A stretch of DNA of 64,000 bases from a virus (lineage: Duplodnaviria; Caudoviricetes). Location of the stretch: the IMG/VR virus record IMGVR_UViG_3300028603_000018, positions 32,001 to 96,000 of that record. The stretch is one strand, 5' to 3'. The first letter of the stretch is position 1, and each line of letters opens with the position of its first letter. Shown in pieces: positions 35,803 through 45,290 of this stretch. A program made the position numbers and the translations under genes. The notes beneath the pieces were generated by a model. The model had not been told where the DNA came from. It ran no database searches and was given only the letters and a program-made list of their open reading frames with translations.

Positions 35803-36660
35803 ATGGATAATATTACTCGAACTATTTATGGGTCTACTTTACAAACCTATATGTTTTTAGGTAAAACAGTTAGGTATGTGGATAACACGACCCTTAACGA
35901 ACGATTCGATATTTTACGAGGTACACTACCGACAGCAGGACAAACCCCTAAGATGGGTTACTTCTCTATTGGTAATGGCGGTCATAGAGCTATTATTGGT
36001 GAAAACGGGATTACAATTAATAACCCTGTTATTCACTTAGCTACTGATGCTGCTGCATTTAAACCCATGCCTTTTGTTCTAGTAGACCCTGCTGCGGATC
36101 TACCTCCTGCTGAATGCGCTAAGTACGCACTGCGTCGTCCTGAACAAATTAAAGGGAAAGCTTACATCGCCTATTACTTACGTCGTATTGAAAATATCAG
36201 TAACAACGTAGAGATGGAAATTAAGGTAGTGGATGGTGACACTGAAGTATCTTCTCCATTTGTTCCTACGGAAGATAACTTATATCCAGAACCACCTGAT
36301 CTTACACCTGAGAACATTAACGTATTAGATGGTCAATATGCAGTGGCATCGAGTAAACTCTCATTATCTTTTACTCGTGCTGAAGTTGACCATCTTCGTA
36401 ACGTTGCTAAAGTACTTTATGATAGTGAGCATTACGCTATCATTTCAGAAATTCAAATGGTTTGTGCTGTGGATTATCCTATCCAAGTCAGTCAGCCAGG
36501 TGGAAGTTCCTTTAGCTTCTTAGAAACAATTGGTGCTTTGGTTGCAGCTCACTTAAACGTATACTATCAGATGGTTTACTTAAACAATAGCTTAGAGATT
36601 GCTGTTGATGCAGGTGCACAAGAACCTCTGTTTAAGACTGAGTTGTTAGTTACTCCGTAA
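35803..36660 (+). CDS. virion structural protein (phiKZ gp139-like)
   Basis: TRTIYGS.LQ, TTLNERF, YFSIGNGGH, YIAYYLRR, AIISEI. Confidence 0.7.
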   Translation: MDNITRTIYGSTLQTYMFLGKTVRYVDNTTLNERFDILRGTLPTAGQTPKMGYFSIGNGGHRAIIGENGITINNPVIHLATDAAAFKPMPFVLVDPAADLPPAECAKYALRRPEQIKGKAYIAYYLRRIENISNNVEMEIKVVDGDTEVSSPFVPTEDNLYPEPPDLTPENINVLDGQYAVASSKLSLSFTRAEVDHLRNVAKVLYDSEHYAIISEIQMVCAVDYPIQVSQPGGSSFSFLETIGALVAAHLNVYYQMVYLNNSLEIAVDAGAQEPLFKTELLVTP

Positions 36661-36680
36661 GACTTAAGTAAATTGTTACC

Positions 36681-36714
36681 AGCTAGGGGTATTTAATTTT
36701 ACCCCTAGCTTTTT
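36681..36714 (+). terminator. terminator
   Basis: agctaggggta/tacccctagct followed by tttt. Confidence 0.75.
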
Positions 36715-36733
36715 AATTAGAATAAAAAAAGAA

Positions 36734-37339
36734 ATGTTAATTATTCCTCAACCAGATGATCGTACTGCTTGTATTATTGGTATCGATCCAGGAACACGTT
36801 TTATGGGTTTAGGCGTAATATTCTTTAATGTTCTTAATTTAGAGATTATCCAATCAGGTAGTACGCTATTGAGAGGAGATGCTCTAATTGAGAATGAAGA
36901 TCATATCGCTTTTCACGGTAGTCGATTTGCTAGGTTACATGGTATTGAGAATAGATTACATAGCTTCTTCACAAGTCTTAATCCACTCTGTGTAGCTGCT
37001 GAGAGTAATTTCATGAATACTAACAGACCAACAGCTTATGGAGCTTTAGTAGAATCTGTTGCTTGTATTAGAAGCGCTTTATTTAGACACCGAGCATTAA
37101 TGGAGCTAGATTTAATAGAACCTTCTCCAGTTAAAAATGCCGTAGGTTGTAAAGGTAACGCCGGTAAAGAAGACGTCAATGCTGGAGTTGAGCGACTAAA
37201 TCCTATTTTAAAATACGTAGGTATAAGTGCAATTAAAGATTTAACAGAGCATGAGACTGATGGACTAGCTATTGCTTATTGGCGCTATCTATTATTAGTT
37301 AATCACGCTCAAGCACTTAACCAATTTAAAGGCAGTTAA
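36734..37339 (+). CDS. ruvC: RuvC-like Holliday junction resolvase
   Basis: IIGIDPGTRFMG, AAES, PSPVKNAVG.KGNAGK, HETDGLAIA. Confidence 0.9.
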   Translation: MLIIPQPDDRTACIIGIDPGTRFMGLGVIFFNVLNLEIIQSGSTLLRGDALIENEDHIAFHGSRFARLHGIENRLHSFFTSLNPLCVAAESNFMNTNRPTAYGALVESVACIRSALFRHRALMELDLIEPSPVKNAVGCKGNAGKEDVNAGVERLNPILKYVGISAIKDLTEHETDGLAIAYWRYLLLVNHAQALNQFKGS

Positions 37340-37341
37340 TT

Positions 37342-37875
37342 ATGTTCTTAAGTGGTTTGAAAATTCTTTCTATGTTAAGTAGTTTGAAAAGCTTAACAAG
37401 TAAGATTAAAATACCGAACAAGATACTTTTTTGGCTGGTATTAGTTATTCTCGTTATCGGTTCTCTTTTTGTTAGTCATTCTTACTATTACCAGAAAGGT
37501 AAACAACATCAAAAAGAAAAGATCGAAGAACAAATTAAAAAAGAAAATGAGATAACAAAAGAAGTTATTGAAACTATTAGTAAGCAAGCAGAGATTAGTG
37601 AGGAGCGTAGTGAGAAAGAACTCACTGATACTGTTGAAGAGATAGAAGAAGTTATTAAAGAAGAACTGCGATTACACCAACAAAAACAAGAAGAAATTAA
37701 AAAAGAGACAAAGATAAAAAAAGCTATTCAATCTAATAAAGAAATACCACTTCTTATAGAAGAAGTTAAAGAAAAGGATTTTCTTGATGATGAACAAGCT
37801 AAGATTTTAATCAAACGCGAGTGGATGATCTATTGCATAGATAAAAACACTTCTCTTTGTGAGAATTTTAAATGA
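37342..37875 (+). CDS. putative inner-membrane spanin (Rz-like)
   Basis: N-terminal TM helix, coiled coil, C-terminal Cys pair; directly upstream of a lipoprotein. Confidence 0.65.
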   Translation: MFLSGLKILSMLSSLKSLTSKIKIPNKILFWLVLVILVIGSLFVSHSYYYQKGKQHQKEKIEEQIKKENEITKEVIETISKQAEISEERSEKELTDTVEEIEEVIKEELRLHQQKQEEIKKETKIKKAIQSNKEIPLLIEEVKEKDFLDDEQAKILIKREWMIYCIDKNTSLCENFK

Positions 37876-38189
37876 AGAAATTTGTATTTATTTCTTTAGC
37901 ATTTATTACACTAGCTATTACTGCTTGTACTCCGCCTATTAAAAAAGAGTATATGCTCCTACCTGATAGGTATTTACTTGACTGCGAGCAAACACCTCCT
38001 TTCACTATCGAAGAGTATCTGTCATTAGAGACTTTTTCTCAGAGAGAGAAATTATTGTTCGATACAACAATCTCTTTAAGGAAAGATATGCTCATGTGTA
38101 ATCAAAAAAATAAGAACGCACGTCAATACCAATTTGATTTGATTCAAAATCTAGAAGAAAAAGGTATTGGAGTATATAAAATTGAATAG
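37872..38189 (+). CDS. putative outer-membrane spanin lipoprotein (Rz1-like)
   Basis: signal peptide with lipobox LAITA-C; Pro-rich segment; PDRYLLDC and CN motifs. Confidence 0.7.
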   Translation: MKKFVFISLAFITLAITACTPPIKKEYMLLPDRYLLDCEQTPPFTIEEYLSLETFSQREKLLFDTTISLRKDMLMCNQKNKNARQYQFDLIQNLEEKGIGVYKIE

Positions 38190-38197
38190 AGATTACT

Positions 38198-38632
38198 ATG
38201 ATTATAGATGAGATTATTTCAAGAATAGATAGAGAGGCTCCGCTAAAAGACCAATTCTTTGATAATGAAATCGAACTCTTTTACCACGCTTACAATAAAG
38301 TAGCTATTCGGACAGGTAGGTTGCATCCTGTTAATGAGGATGACCGAGGAGCTACTTTAATTGAGCTGACAGCTATTTTGTATCCACTAGATAAAAAAGC
38401 TGTTAATGTCATGTATTTAGAGGGAGTGAGGATTTCAGAAGGTCGATATACTTTTAAAGAAAGAATGATCCAACGATTCTTAAGTGTGTTTTATTTAATC
38501 ATAGGTATCTTCGTCTGTACGTATATGTTTACAGTAGTAGTCAGAGGAAAAGATACAGATATGGATTTTACCACTTCTATACTTGAAACATTACTTAAAC
38601 TATTTGATCTACTCATTGGAACAACTATTTAA
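38198..38632 (+). CDS. membrane protein, possible holin
   Basis: C-terminal TM helix plus amphipathic tail; follows the spanins. Confidence 0.5.
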   Translation: MIIDEIISRIDREAPLKDQFFDNEIELFYHAYNKVAIRTGRLHPVNEDDRGATLIELTAILYPLDKKAVNVMYLEGVRISEGRYTFKERMIQRFLSVFYLIIGIFVCTYMFTVVVRGKDTDMDFTTSILETLLKLFDLLIGTTI

Positions 38633-38649
38633 AAAAAAGAAATATCGAC

Positions 38650-39249
38650 ATGCGTACTAAAGTAAACAAAAAGAAAAAACTTTCACTATCACTTGAAACT
38701 ATTAGTGAAGGTACTTCAGTAGAAAGAGAATTAGAGATATATGCTTTACTTGACGATCTATCAGTACTAACACAAGCTGATGCTGTAGAACAACAGGAAC
38801 AATTCTCTATTGTCCCAGTCATTGGTGAAGGTCATAAAGGTTCTACTAGGGTAAGAAAGACCATTAATAAAGATGGTACAACTTTTATTCACACTACAAA
38901 AGTTAGGCAGACTGATGGTAGTAATCTAGAGACTGAAGAAGAAACTACTGAGGACATGTTTAATGCTTATAAAGCACTAGCTAATGACGGACTCATTAAA
39001 GATCGTTTTTTCTTTCCCGTTAAAGGCCATGACTTATTGTGGGAAGTCGATGTTTTTCCTCAAGATAATGGGGAATATGCTCAGTGGGTGAAAATTGATT
39101 TAGAGATTCCGGAAGGAGTTGTCTTAAAAGAACTTCCAGAACTTCCCTTTCCTTATAAAGAAAAGATTGTTAAAAGTAATGATCCTGAAGTTAAAAAGCG
39201 AATCGGTAAATTATATAAAGACTTTTTCTCTTTTAAGAAAGGTAATTAA
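38650..39249 (+). CDS. CYTH-like (triphosphate tunnel) protein
   Basis: ERELE, RVRK, TTK, ETEE, KDRFFF, WEVDVF, IDLE pattern. Confidence 0.6.
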   Translation: MRTKVNKKKKLSLSLETISEGTSVERELEIYALLDDLSVLTQADAVEQQEQFSIVPVIGEGHKGSTRVRKTINKDGTTFIHTTKVRQTDGSNLETEEETTEDMFNAYKALANDGLIKDRFFFPVKGHDLLWEVDVFPQDNGEYAQWVKIDLEIPEGVVLKELPELPFPYKEKIVKSNDPEVKKRIGKLYKDFFSFKKGN

Positions 39250-39252
39250 AAG

Positions 39253-39290
39253 TAAATAGGAGGATTTATTTAGATCCTCCTATTTATGCC
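39253..39290. terminator. hairpin ending TTTATGCC
   Basis: taaataggaggat/atcctcctattta-tgcc. Confidence 0.75.
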
Positions 39291-39294
39291 TTCT

Positions 39295-39337
39295 ATATTT
39301 AATTCTAGATTATTTCAATTACATATAACTGTTATGA
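39295..39337 (+). promoter_or_regulatory. phage promoter (43-bp repeat copy)
   Basis: 42/43 identical to 2020-2062. Confidence 0.65.
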
Positions 39338-39370
39338 GTTGTTATAATAAGTATTTGAAGGAATGTTATA

Positions 39371-39490
39371 ATGAGCACTAAAGAACTAATGGTCTTAGGT
39401 TGTGTTACAGCAAGTATTCTTGCTATTGCTATGGTCGTTACAGAAACCTCCCGTATTACACGAGCAGTTATTATTAAATCTAAAAACTGA
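39371..39490 (+). CDS. 39-aa single-TM microprotein (not in ORF track)
   Basis: aaggaa RBS; MSTKELMVLGCVTASILAIAMVVTETSRITRAVIIKSKN; lies between promoter and hairpin. Confidence 0.65.
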   Translation: MSTKELMVLGCVTASILAIAMVVTETSRITRAVIIKSKN

Positions 39491-39527
39491 GCATAAATAG
39501 GGAGTCCTTTTGGACTCCCGTCTATGC
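39491..39527. terminator. GCATA...TATGC hairpin
   Basis: gcataaata-gggagtcc-tttt-ggactccc-gtctatgc. Confidence 0.75.
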
Positions 39528-39539
39528 TGTCTTTTTTTT

Positions 39540-40631
39540 TTACCAAGGAATGTTATCAACAGACAAGGTTGTCAGATGTGTATGGCCTGTAACGTCTAAT
39601 GTACCAGTTATCGATACATTGTTTAAGAAACGAGCTGATCCTTGTAACTCCATTTCTCCTGAACCACCATAACTACCTGATCTAGAATAAACACTACCCA
39701 TAAATCCAATACCAGGAGCATCTAAAGAAATACCACTAGGACTCGTTACACTATTACCGCCATTAGAATGCACACGAGAAGAACCATTAGAACTAATATT
39801 GGTATTACCTTGAGTACTGACGCTTGTATTACCTTGGGTGCTAATTGAAGTATTGCCATCAATAGAGCTTGTGTCATTACCTTTTACAGTCAAGTCCTTA
39901 TTCTTATCAACTAATCCAGTCATGTTACCCACAGCATGGTATTCAATATTAGGACCATTTAATCTAAAGAAAGTACCATCACCATTTCTTAATTCTAGTA
40001 ACCGTTGTTTAGATTGAATAGTGAAATAGTTCTCATCATCATCAGTGATAGTAAAAGTACTTTTATCAGTATCTAACTCAAGTGTCCATTCATGAGGCTC
40101 TCCATTAGCTTTACTGGTTTGGAGTAGGATATTCTTCATGTGGGTAGAGATTTGTAAAAAGTATACGTTTTTATTCTCTATACTCGCTTCTTTATTTAAA
40201 GAAGGTTCGCCACTAAAAGCATATATCACTGTTTCTAATCGACGTAACTTAATATGATTTTCTAATGTATCCCAGAAATAAGTATTAGTATCTCCAAGAA
40301 CATAAATCATTACTTTCTCACCACGCCTAACGTTTGGTGCAGTGATTCTATTACTGTTACCTAAAGACAGCCAAGTGGCTTTAATTGTTTTCGTTACATC
40401 AACAGTGGAAGTATACTCCTCACCATCTAATTGCGTTCCTTGAGCTTGTAGTGTTTGTACGTTGTCAGTGATCTCACCATTTAAGAACTTAAGTACCTCA
40501 CTTGGCTTAACTTCAATAGTTAATGAAAAGATATCATCATCTTCATCTTTATTGGCACCAACCTCACCGATTGAAAAATCCTTTAACAAGGAGACGTTTA
40601 TGCTATTTCCTAAATAGGGAGAGTCAGACAT
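39540..40631 (-). CDS. baseplate central spike (phiKZ gp164-like, gpV/gp5-like)
   Basis: A.WL...SNRITAPNVRRGEKV, LETVIYAFS; C-terminal beta-helix repeats (GNTSISTQ GNTSVSTQ). Confidence 0.8.
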   Translation of the reverse strand: MSDSPYLGNSINVSLLKDFSIGEVGANKDEDDDIFSLTIEVKPSEVLKFLNGEITDNVQTLQAQGTQLDGEEYTSTVDVTKTIKATWLSLGNSNRITAPNVRRGEKVMIYVLGDTNTYFWDTLENHIKLRRLETVIYAFSGEPSLNKEASIENKNVYFLQISTHMKNILLQTSKANGEPHEWTLELDTDKSTFTITDDDENYFTIQSKQRLLELRNGDGTFFRLNGPNIEYHAVGNMTGLVDKNKDLTVKGNDTSSIDGNTSISTQGNTSVSTQGNTNISSNGSSRVHSNGGNSVTSPSGISLDAPGIGFMGSVYSRSGSYGGSGEMELQGSARFLNNVSITGTLDVTGHTHLTTLSVDNIPW

Positions 40632-40657
40632 ATTTAAAAATAGACCTTCTTTAAAAT

Positions 40658-43195
40658 ATGAGTAAAAAGAACATAACTAGAGTAACCATCATGAGATTAA
40701 TTAGTCTAGAATTAAAAGACTTTAAACCGTTAAGTGTAAATAGAAAAAGATTCTTTAAAATAACCCCTAAGGAAGTTGTCCAAGTTATCTTAGGTACTAA
40801 CGGTTCAGGTAAGACAAGTATTATTAAAGAGATCGTCCCAGCAGCAGCTAATCCACAACTCTTTCGTAAAGAAGGACATAAAGAAGCGATCTACTATCAC
40901 AATAATAAGCACTATAAAATTAGATACGAAGCCAAAACAAATAAACATTTTCTTTTTGAAGAACAAGAAAGTGGTGAATACAAAAATTTAAATGAAGGAG
41001 GTACTTTACGTGTACAGGAAGAAACTGTATTAAGTATCTTTAAAGTAACGCCGTTTATACGCAGTGTCTTAATTGGTGAAATGAATTTCTCTGATCTAGG
41101 TCCTCAAAAAAGACGGGAATTATTTACTATGATGAGTCCTGTACCTTTTGACTATGGGTTAGAATTCTTTGCTAAGGCGAAAGATCGTTTAAATGATACA
41201 ACAGCTATTTTACGCCATAACAAACGTAAACTCATTGATGAAATAGCTAAGGTAATGAATGATGAACAGTATGAGAAACTACAAAAAGAAAATAAAGAAC
41301 TACATCATGAATTATCTATTCTTTTAAGAGAAAGAAATAATCAAATCCAACCCTTAGATAAACTAAAGAAAGAAGAAACAGATACTTTAGTAGAGATTAG
41401 TCGAATTACTGCTACTATCTTTTCGACAAACATCTTAGCTCCCCAAGATAAAAGCTATTCTTCAATCTCCGATCTACGTGAAGAGATGGTTAAAGAGCGA
41501 GAACTTCTCTCTTCATTAAACACACAGTTAAGTGAACGATCTGCTCAATTTGAAAAACTATCTAAAGAAGTAGATATTGTTAATCAGAGTGGTGGTCAGG
41601 GTATTGAGGATATCAATGCTAAGATAGAAGAATTAGAAAAAGCTAAACAAGTTCTTATTAGTAAATTACGTAATAAAATTGAACCTCATCAGTACAAGTA
41701 CATCAAGCAAGGTTTAGATAGCGAAAGTGAGAATTTGTTAAATGAAATCTTCTCTACTTTACCTTTAAATGATGATTTACGTTTCTCTAATACAGAATTT
41801 AAAAAGTTAAAAGCTGAAGATGATCAATTGATTGAAAAGCTTCGTCAATTGTCTTTAGATAGAGATAGACTTAACTTCGAACTCAATGAGTTAGATAAGC
41901 ATAAAGCTAATGGGAGTATTTCTTGTCCTGAATGTAGACATAGTTGGATTATTGGTTATGATCCTCATCAGTACAATAAGAAGAAAACGCAATTAGATGA
42001 GACTCTAACTGCTATAACCCAAATTGAAGAGAGAAGAAAAGAATTAGTAAAAGATCTCTCTGATATGCAGGAATTCTTTAACAAGTATAAAGACTATATC
42101 CATATTAGGAATAGGAATAATCACTTAAGTATTCTTTGGGAACAATTAGAGTTTGACAATACTGCTTTTAAATATCCTAGACATGTATTAAGTATCATTG
42201 ATACATTTCAATCAGATTGTCGTATTGTGAATAACATTCTTGATATTGATGAGAAGTTAAATAAAGAACTCACTCTTTTTGAAATGGTTAAGAAAATAGA
42301 CCAGCAAAAAGTCTCTGAGAATAAAGCAGTCCTAACCCAACTAGAACTGGAAATTAATCAGATCACTTGGAATATTCGAACTAAAAAAGAATACTTAAAT
42401 AAGCTGACAGTTTATTATAATAGCCTAGCTAGTCTGATTAATGACGTAAAGCCACGCCTAGAGTATCTTCAGAGGCATTTAGAGGACCTACAAGGCGATG
42501 TAATAGAATCAGTGAGACAAGATATCCTCTCAGATTTAATTCGCTCTCTACAGTCTAAATTAGCTTTAAATGAAGACATTTTAAATAAGGTAGATTATCA
42601 ACGAGGATTAGTAGAGCATCTTCAAAATGAAATTACTCAACTTGAAGTTGAAGAGATTGCATTAAAGCGACTTATTGATGAAGTCAGTCCTACAAATGGT
42701 TTGATTGCGGAAGGTTTGATGCTTTATATTAATACCATCCTTGACCAAGTCAATCAGATTATTGCTAAGGTATGGTCGTATTCATTTAAGATTCTCCCCT
42801 GTGAAGTTAAGACAGAAGGAGAAGTAGGTTTAACTTATCGATTCCCTATTGATATTGCAGATGGTCTTAATGATATCAAAGATATCGTAGATGGGTCTAA
42901 AGCTCAAAAAGAAATTACTAACTTAGCCTTTAGAATTATTGCTATGAATTACTTAGGTTTTTCAGACGCTTTTCTTTTCTTAGATGAGTTCGGTGATGGG
43001 TTTGACCCCACCCACAAAGCGAGTGCTATTCATGCAGTCAATACAATCATTGAACAAATGAACTTTAGTCAAATCTTTATGGTATCTCACGTAGAAACAA
43101 GTTATGGTGCTTTAAAGAATAATGACGTTTGTTTATTAAATGATTTAAACATTCAAGTGCAAGGTGTTTATAATGAACACGTTGAAATGTATTAA
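40658..43195 (+). CDS. sbcC: SbcC/Rad50-like SMC ATPase (phiKZ gp165-like)
   Basis: GTNGSGKTS Walker A, CPEC zinc hook, long coiled coils, GSKAQ signature, LFLDEFG Walker B, VSH; start may be ATG40691. Confidence 0.9.
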   Translation: MSKKNITRVTIMRLISLELKDFKPLSVNRKRFFKITPKEVVQVILGTNGSGKTSIIKEIVPAAANPQLFRKEGHKEAIYYHNNKHYKIRYEAKTNKHFLFEEQESGEYKNLNEGGTLRVQEETVLSIFKVTPFIRSVLIGEMNFSDLGPQKRRELFTMMSPVPFDYGLEFFAKAKDRLNDTTAILRHNKRKLIDEIAKVMNDEQYEKLQKENKELHHELSILLRERNNQIQPLDKLKKEETDTLVEISRITATIFSTNILAPQDKSYSSISDLREEMVKERELLSSLNTQLSERSAQFEKLSKEVDIVNQSGGQGIEDINAKIEELEKAKQVLISKLRNKIEPHQYKYIKQGLDSESENLLNEIFSTLPLNDDLRFSNTEFKKLKAEDDQLIEKLRQLSLDRDRLNFELNELDKHKANGSISCPECRHSWIIGYDPHQYNKKKTQLDETLTAITQIEERRKELVKDLSDMQEFFNKYKDYIHIRNRNNHLSILWEQLEFDNTAFKYPRHVLSIIDTFQSDCRIVNNILDIDEKLNKELTLFEMVKKIDQQKVSENKAVLTQLELEINQITWNIRTKKEYLNKLTVYYNSLASLINDVKPRLEYLQRHLEDLQGDVIESVRQDILSDLIRSLQSKLALNEDILNKVDYQRGLVEHLQNEITQLEVEEIALKRLIDEVSPTNGLIAEGLMLYINTILDQVNQIIAKVWSYSFKILPCEVKTEGEVGLTYRFPIDIADGLNDIKDIVDGSKAQKEITNLAFRIIAMNYLGFSDAFLFLDEFGDGFDPTHKASAIHAVNTIIEQMNFSQIFMVSHVETSYGALKNNDVCLLNDLNIQVQGVYNEHVEMY

Positions 43196-43215
43196 ATAAA
43201 AAGGAAAGATATAAA

Positions 43216-44034
43216 ATGAGTAATCCTTATTTAGATAAAGTTTTTAGTGTCCCTGAAGCTACTCCAGTAGTTACTGAAGCAGAGTTATCTACTAATGTTC
43301 ATGAAGGTGTTCATCCTGAAGATGACTTTCTTAGTATTGATCAAGAGAAGGTAGACCGATTCCTTCGTTATGCTGAAGCTGCTGCTAAACATTCTGCTGA
43401 CACTATTACTCAAACTGCTACGTTAATTAGTGATCTAACTCAGTCGATCATTATTCTAACTAAGTACGTGGATGGATTAGTTAAAGAGAATGCGAAACTA
43501 AAGGAAGAGCAAAAGTCTATTGCTTTACAAACAGCAAGTACTCAAGTACATAATGAAGCAAAGGAAGTAAAAGAAGAGTTTAAACCTGTTGAATTCCTTG
43601 GTAGTATTAATGAGCATCAAAACAAGATGCGGGAAAACTCTCCTTTGATTAAGTTGAATAAGTTAGTCTACAAATACTTCTCTAGTGAGTATATCAACGG
43701 CGGACAAGGAAAGATTAAACCTTATACCGATGGTTATCGAGCATTAATTTTTAATGATCTAAAGAAGCATCCTGTAGTAGAGGCTCGTGCTTTATTAGAA
43801 GTCATTAATGAGTTAATCTCACGAGAATTAGCTGATCACGGTATTATGTTCCTCTCTGATGAACTGGCTATTAATAAAGCAGTTTTGATCTGGAACTCTA
43901 GTTACGCTGTTGTTGTTAGTAATATCACTCACACTCAATTAGGAATCACTCCAGTTGGATTAAACGGTGAGCGCTTTACCTTTAACAGTCTAGAAGAGAT
44001 TAACGGCTTTGAAGACCTCTTAGCTCGTTTCTAA
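43216..44034 (+). CDS. hypothetical protein with coiled coil
   Basis: 272 aa, aaggaa RBS. Confidence 0.75.
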   Translation: MSNPYLDKVFSVPEATPVVTEAELSTNVHEGVHPEDDFLSIDQEKVDRFLRYAEAAAKHSADTITQTATLISDLTQSIIILTKYVDGLVKENAKLKEEQKSIALQTASTQVHNEAKEVKEEFKPVEFLGSINEHQNKMRENSPLIKLNKLVYKYFSSEYINGGQGKIKPYTDGYRALIFNDLKKHPVVEARALLEVINELISRELADHGIMFLSDELAINKAVLIWNSSYAVVVSNITHTQLGITPVGLNGERFTFNSLEEINGFEDLLARF

Positions 44035-44042
44035 TTATTAAG

Positions 44043-44093
44043 ACTACACTATCTGGAATTCAATGTTCTAGGTAGTGTAGTTCTTTTTATGCT
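44043..44093. terminator. hairpin followed by T-tract and TTATGC
   Basis: actacactatctggaa/ttctaggtagtgtagt. Confidence 0.6.
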
Positions 44094-44100
44094 GTATTTT

Positions 44101-44131
44101 AAGAATTGTTAGTTATATATCACTAGTTAGT
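44101..44131 (+). promoter_or_regulatory. putative phage promoter
   Basis: agttatatatcactagttagt. Confidence 0.5.
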
Positions 44132-44174
44132 AACATCTACAAATATCCTCTCTACCATAAAAGGAAATACAATC

Positions 44175-45230
44175 ATGTCGGAAAATAAACTCACCTCACA
44201 TCTAACTATTGTAGCTAAGATGCTTAACCTCGATAAAATCTTAACTGATGTTGTATATGCAGCAACTCACGATAATGATTTTTGTGATTACTTCAACGTA
44301 AGTGGTAAGACTGTTGTTATTCGTAATTACAAACAAGTGGATTTATATTCTGACACTTCAGAAAGAGTGTTAAATTCAACCACAGAGAAATTAAATGACT
44401 TTGTTGTTTGTGTGTACGACAGTAATGCAGATGATGTAGAAGCTATGTTCTCCTTGTCTAAAATCTTGGGTTCTCATCCAACTGCTATTAAAACCCCTGA
44501 AGACTTAGTTGTAATGAGTTGTAAGTTGGCTGGTGTTGTTTCTCAATATTTAGGGTTTGAGGGTGAGGATATTAGCCACTTGACTCAATATCTCAGTGAT
44601 GAAACTGCTGGGCGGGGTAAGAAAGTAATTAATACTATTGGTATTAATTATAAGACCTTGTTGGAAGAAGTAGAGGATACTATAAATCTTTATTTAATTG
44701 TTAAAGATATCTTTAATAAGGCTGCTCCACTTAAACCAACTCATCTGAGTATTGTTGATTATTTTAACGTTCACTCTAATTACACTAAACAAAACTTTGA
44801 TGTCAGTACACGTATTGAGAGAATGTCAGGAAAACTTGTTCTTGTGTTAAAAGTTTTTGATTTTAACGGACGTGTTGTTTTGTCATTAGAGTTAGGTGCT
44901 ATTGAAACGTTAGCAGACCCTTCACTGAACATTAAAGATTTCGTTACTGAAATCCTTACAAAGTCATTCAGCGTTTTAACTAATATGACTGAATTGCTAA
45001 ATATCGCAGGAAGTTCTAATCGATATAAAGCTGCTCCAAATGAAGATGAGTTGTATAAAGGCTATCCTGTTCCTCCAACGCATCCCGCCCACCCTTCAAA
45101 CTACCCTTTCCATCCCTTCCCTCAACAACCAATTTGGATGCCTGATCGTACTGGCACTCCAATTAATCCGATGTATCCCTACAGCTCTTCTTCCATGTCA
45201 AATGAAGACGTAGATAAAAACGACCGTTAA
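44175..45230 (+). CDS. hypothetical protein with Pro/His-rich C-terminal tail
   Basis: 351 aa; stand-alone cassette. Confidence 0.8.
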   Translation: MSENKLTSHLTIVAKMLNLDKILTDVVYAATHDNDFCDYFNVSGKTVVIRNYKQVDLYSDTSERVLNSTTEKLNDFVVCVYDSNADDVEAMFSLSKILGSHPTAIKTPEDLVVMSCKLAGVVSQYLGFEGEDISHLTQYLSDETAGRGKKVINTIGINYKTLLEEVEDTINLYLIVKDIFNKAAPLKPTHLSIVDYFNVHSNYTKQNFDVSTRIERMSGKLVLVLKVFDFNGRVVLSLELGAIETLADPSLNIKDFVTEILTKSFSVLTNMTELLNIAGSSNRYKAAPNEDELYKGYPVPPTHPAHPSNYPFHPFPQQPIWMPDRTGTPINPMYPYSSSSMSNEDVDKNDR

Positions 45231-45237
45231 GTAAACA

Positions 45238-45276
45238 GCATAAATAGGGAGAGCAATTAGCTCTCCCAAATATGCC
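45238..45276. repeat. 21-bp hairpin element copy (terminator)
   Basis: gcataaata-gggagagcaattagctctccc-aaatatgcc. Confidence 0.8.
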
Positions 45277-45290
45277 TTTCTTTTTTTCTT

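Noticed and set aside
39319-39546. 75-aa minus-strand ORF
   Set aside because: It overlaps a promoter, a terminator and a better-supported + strand microgene.
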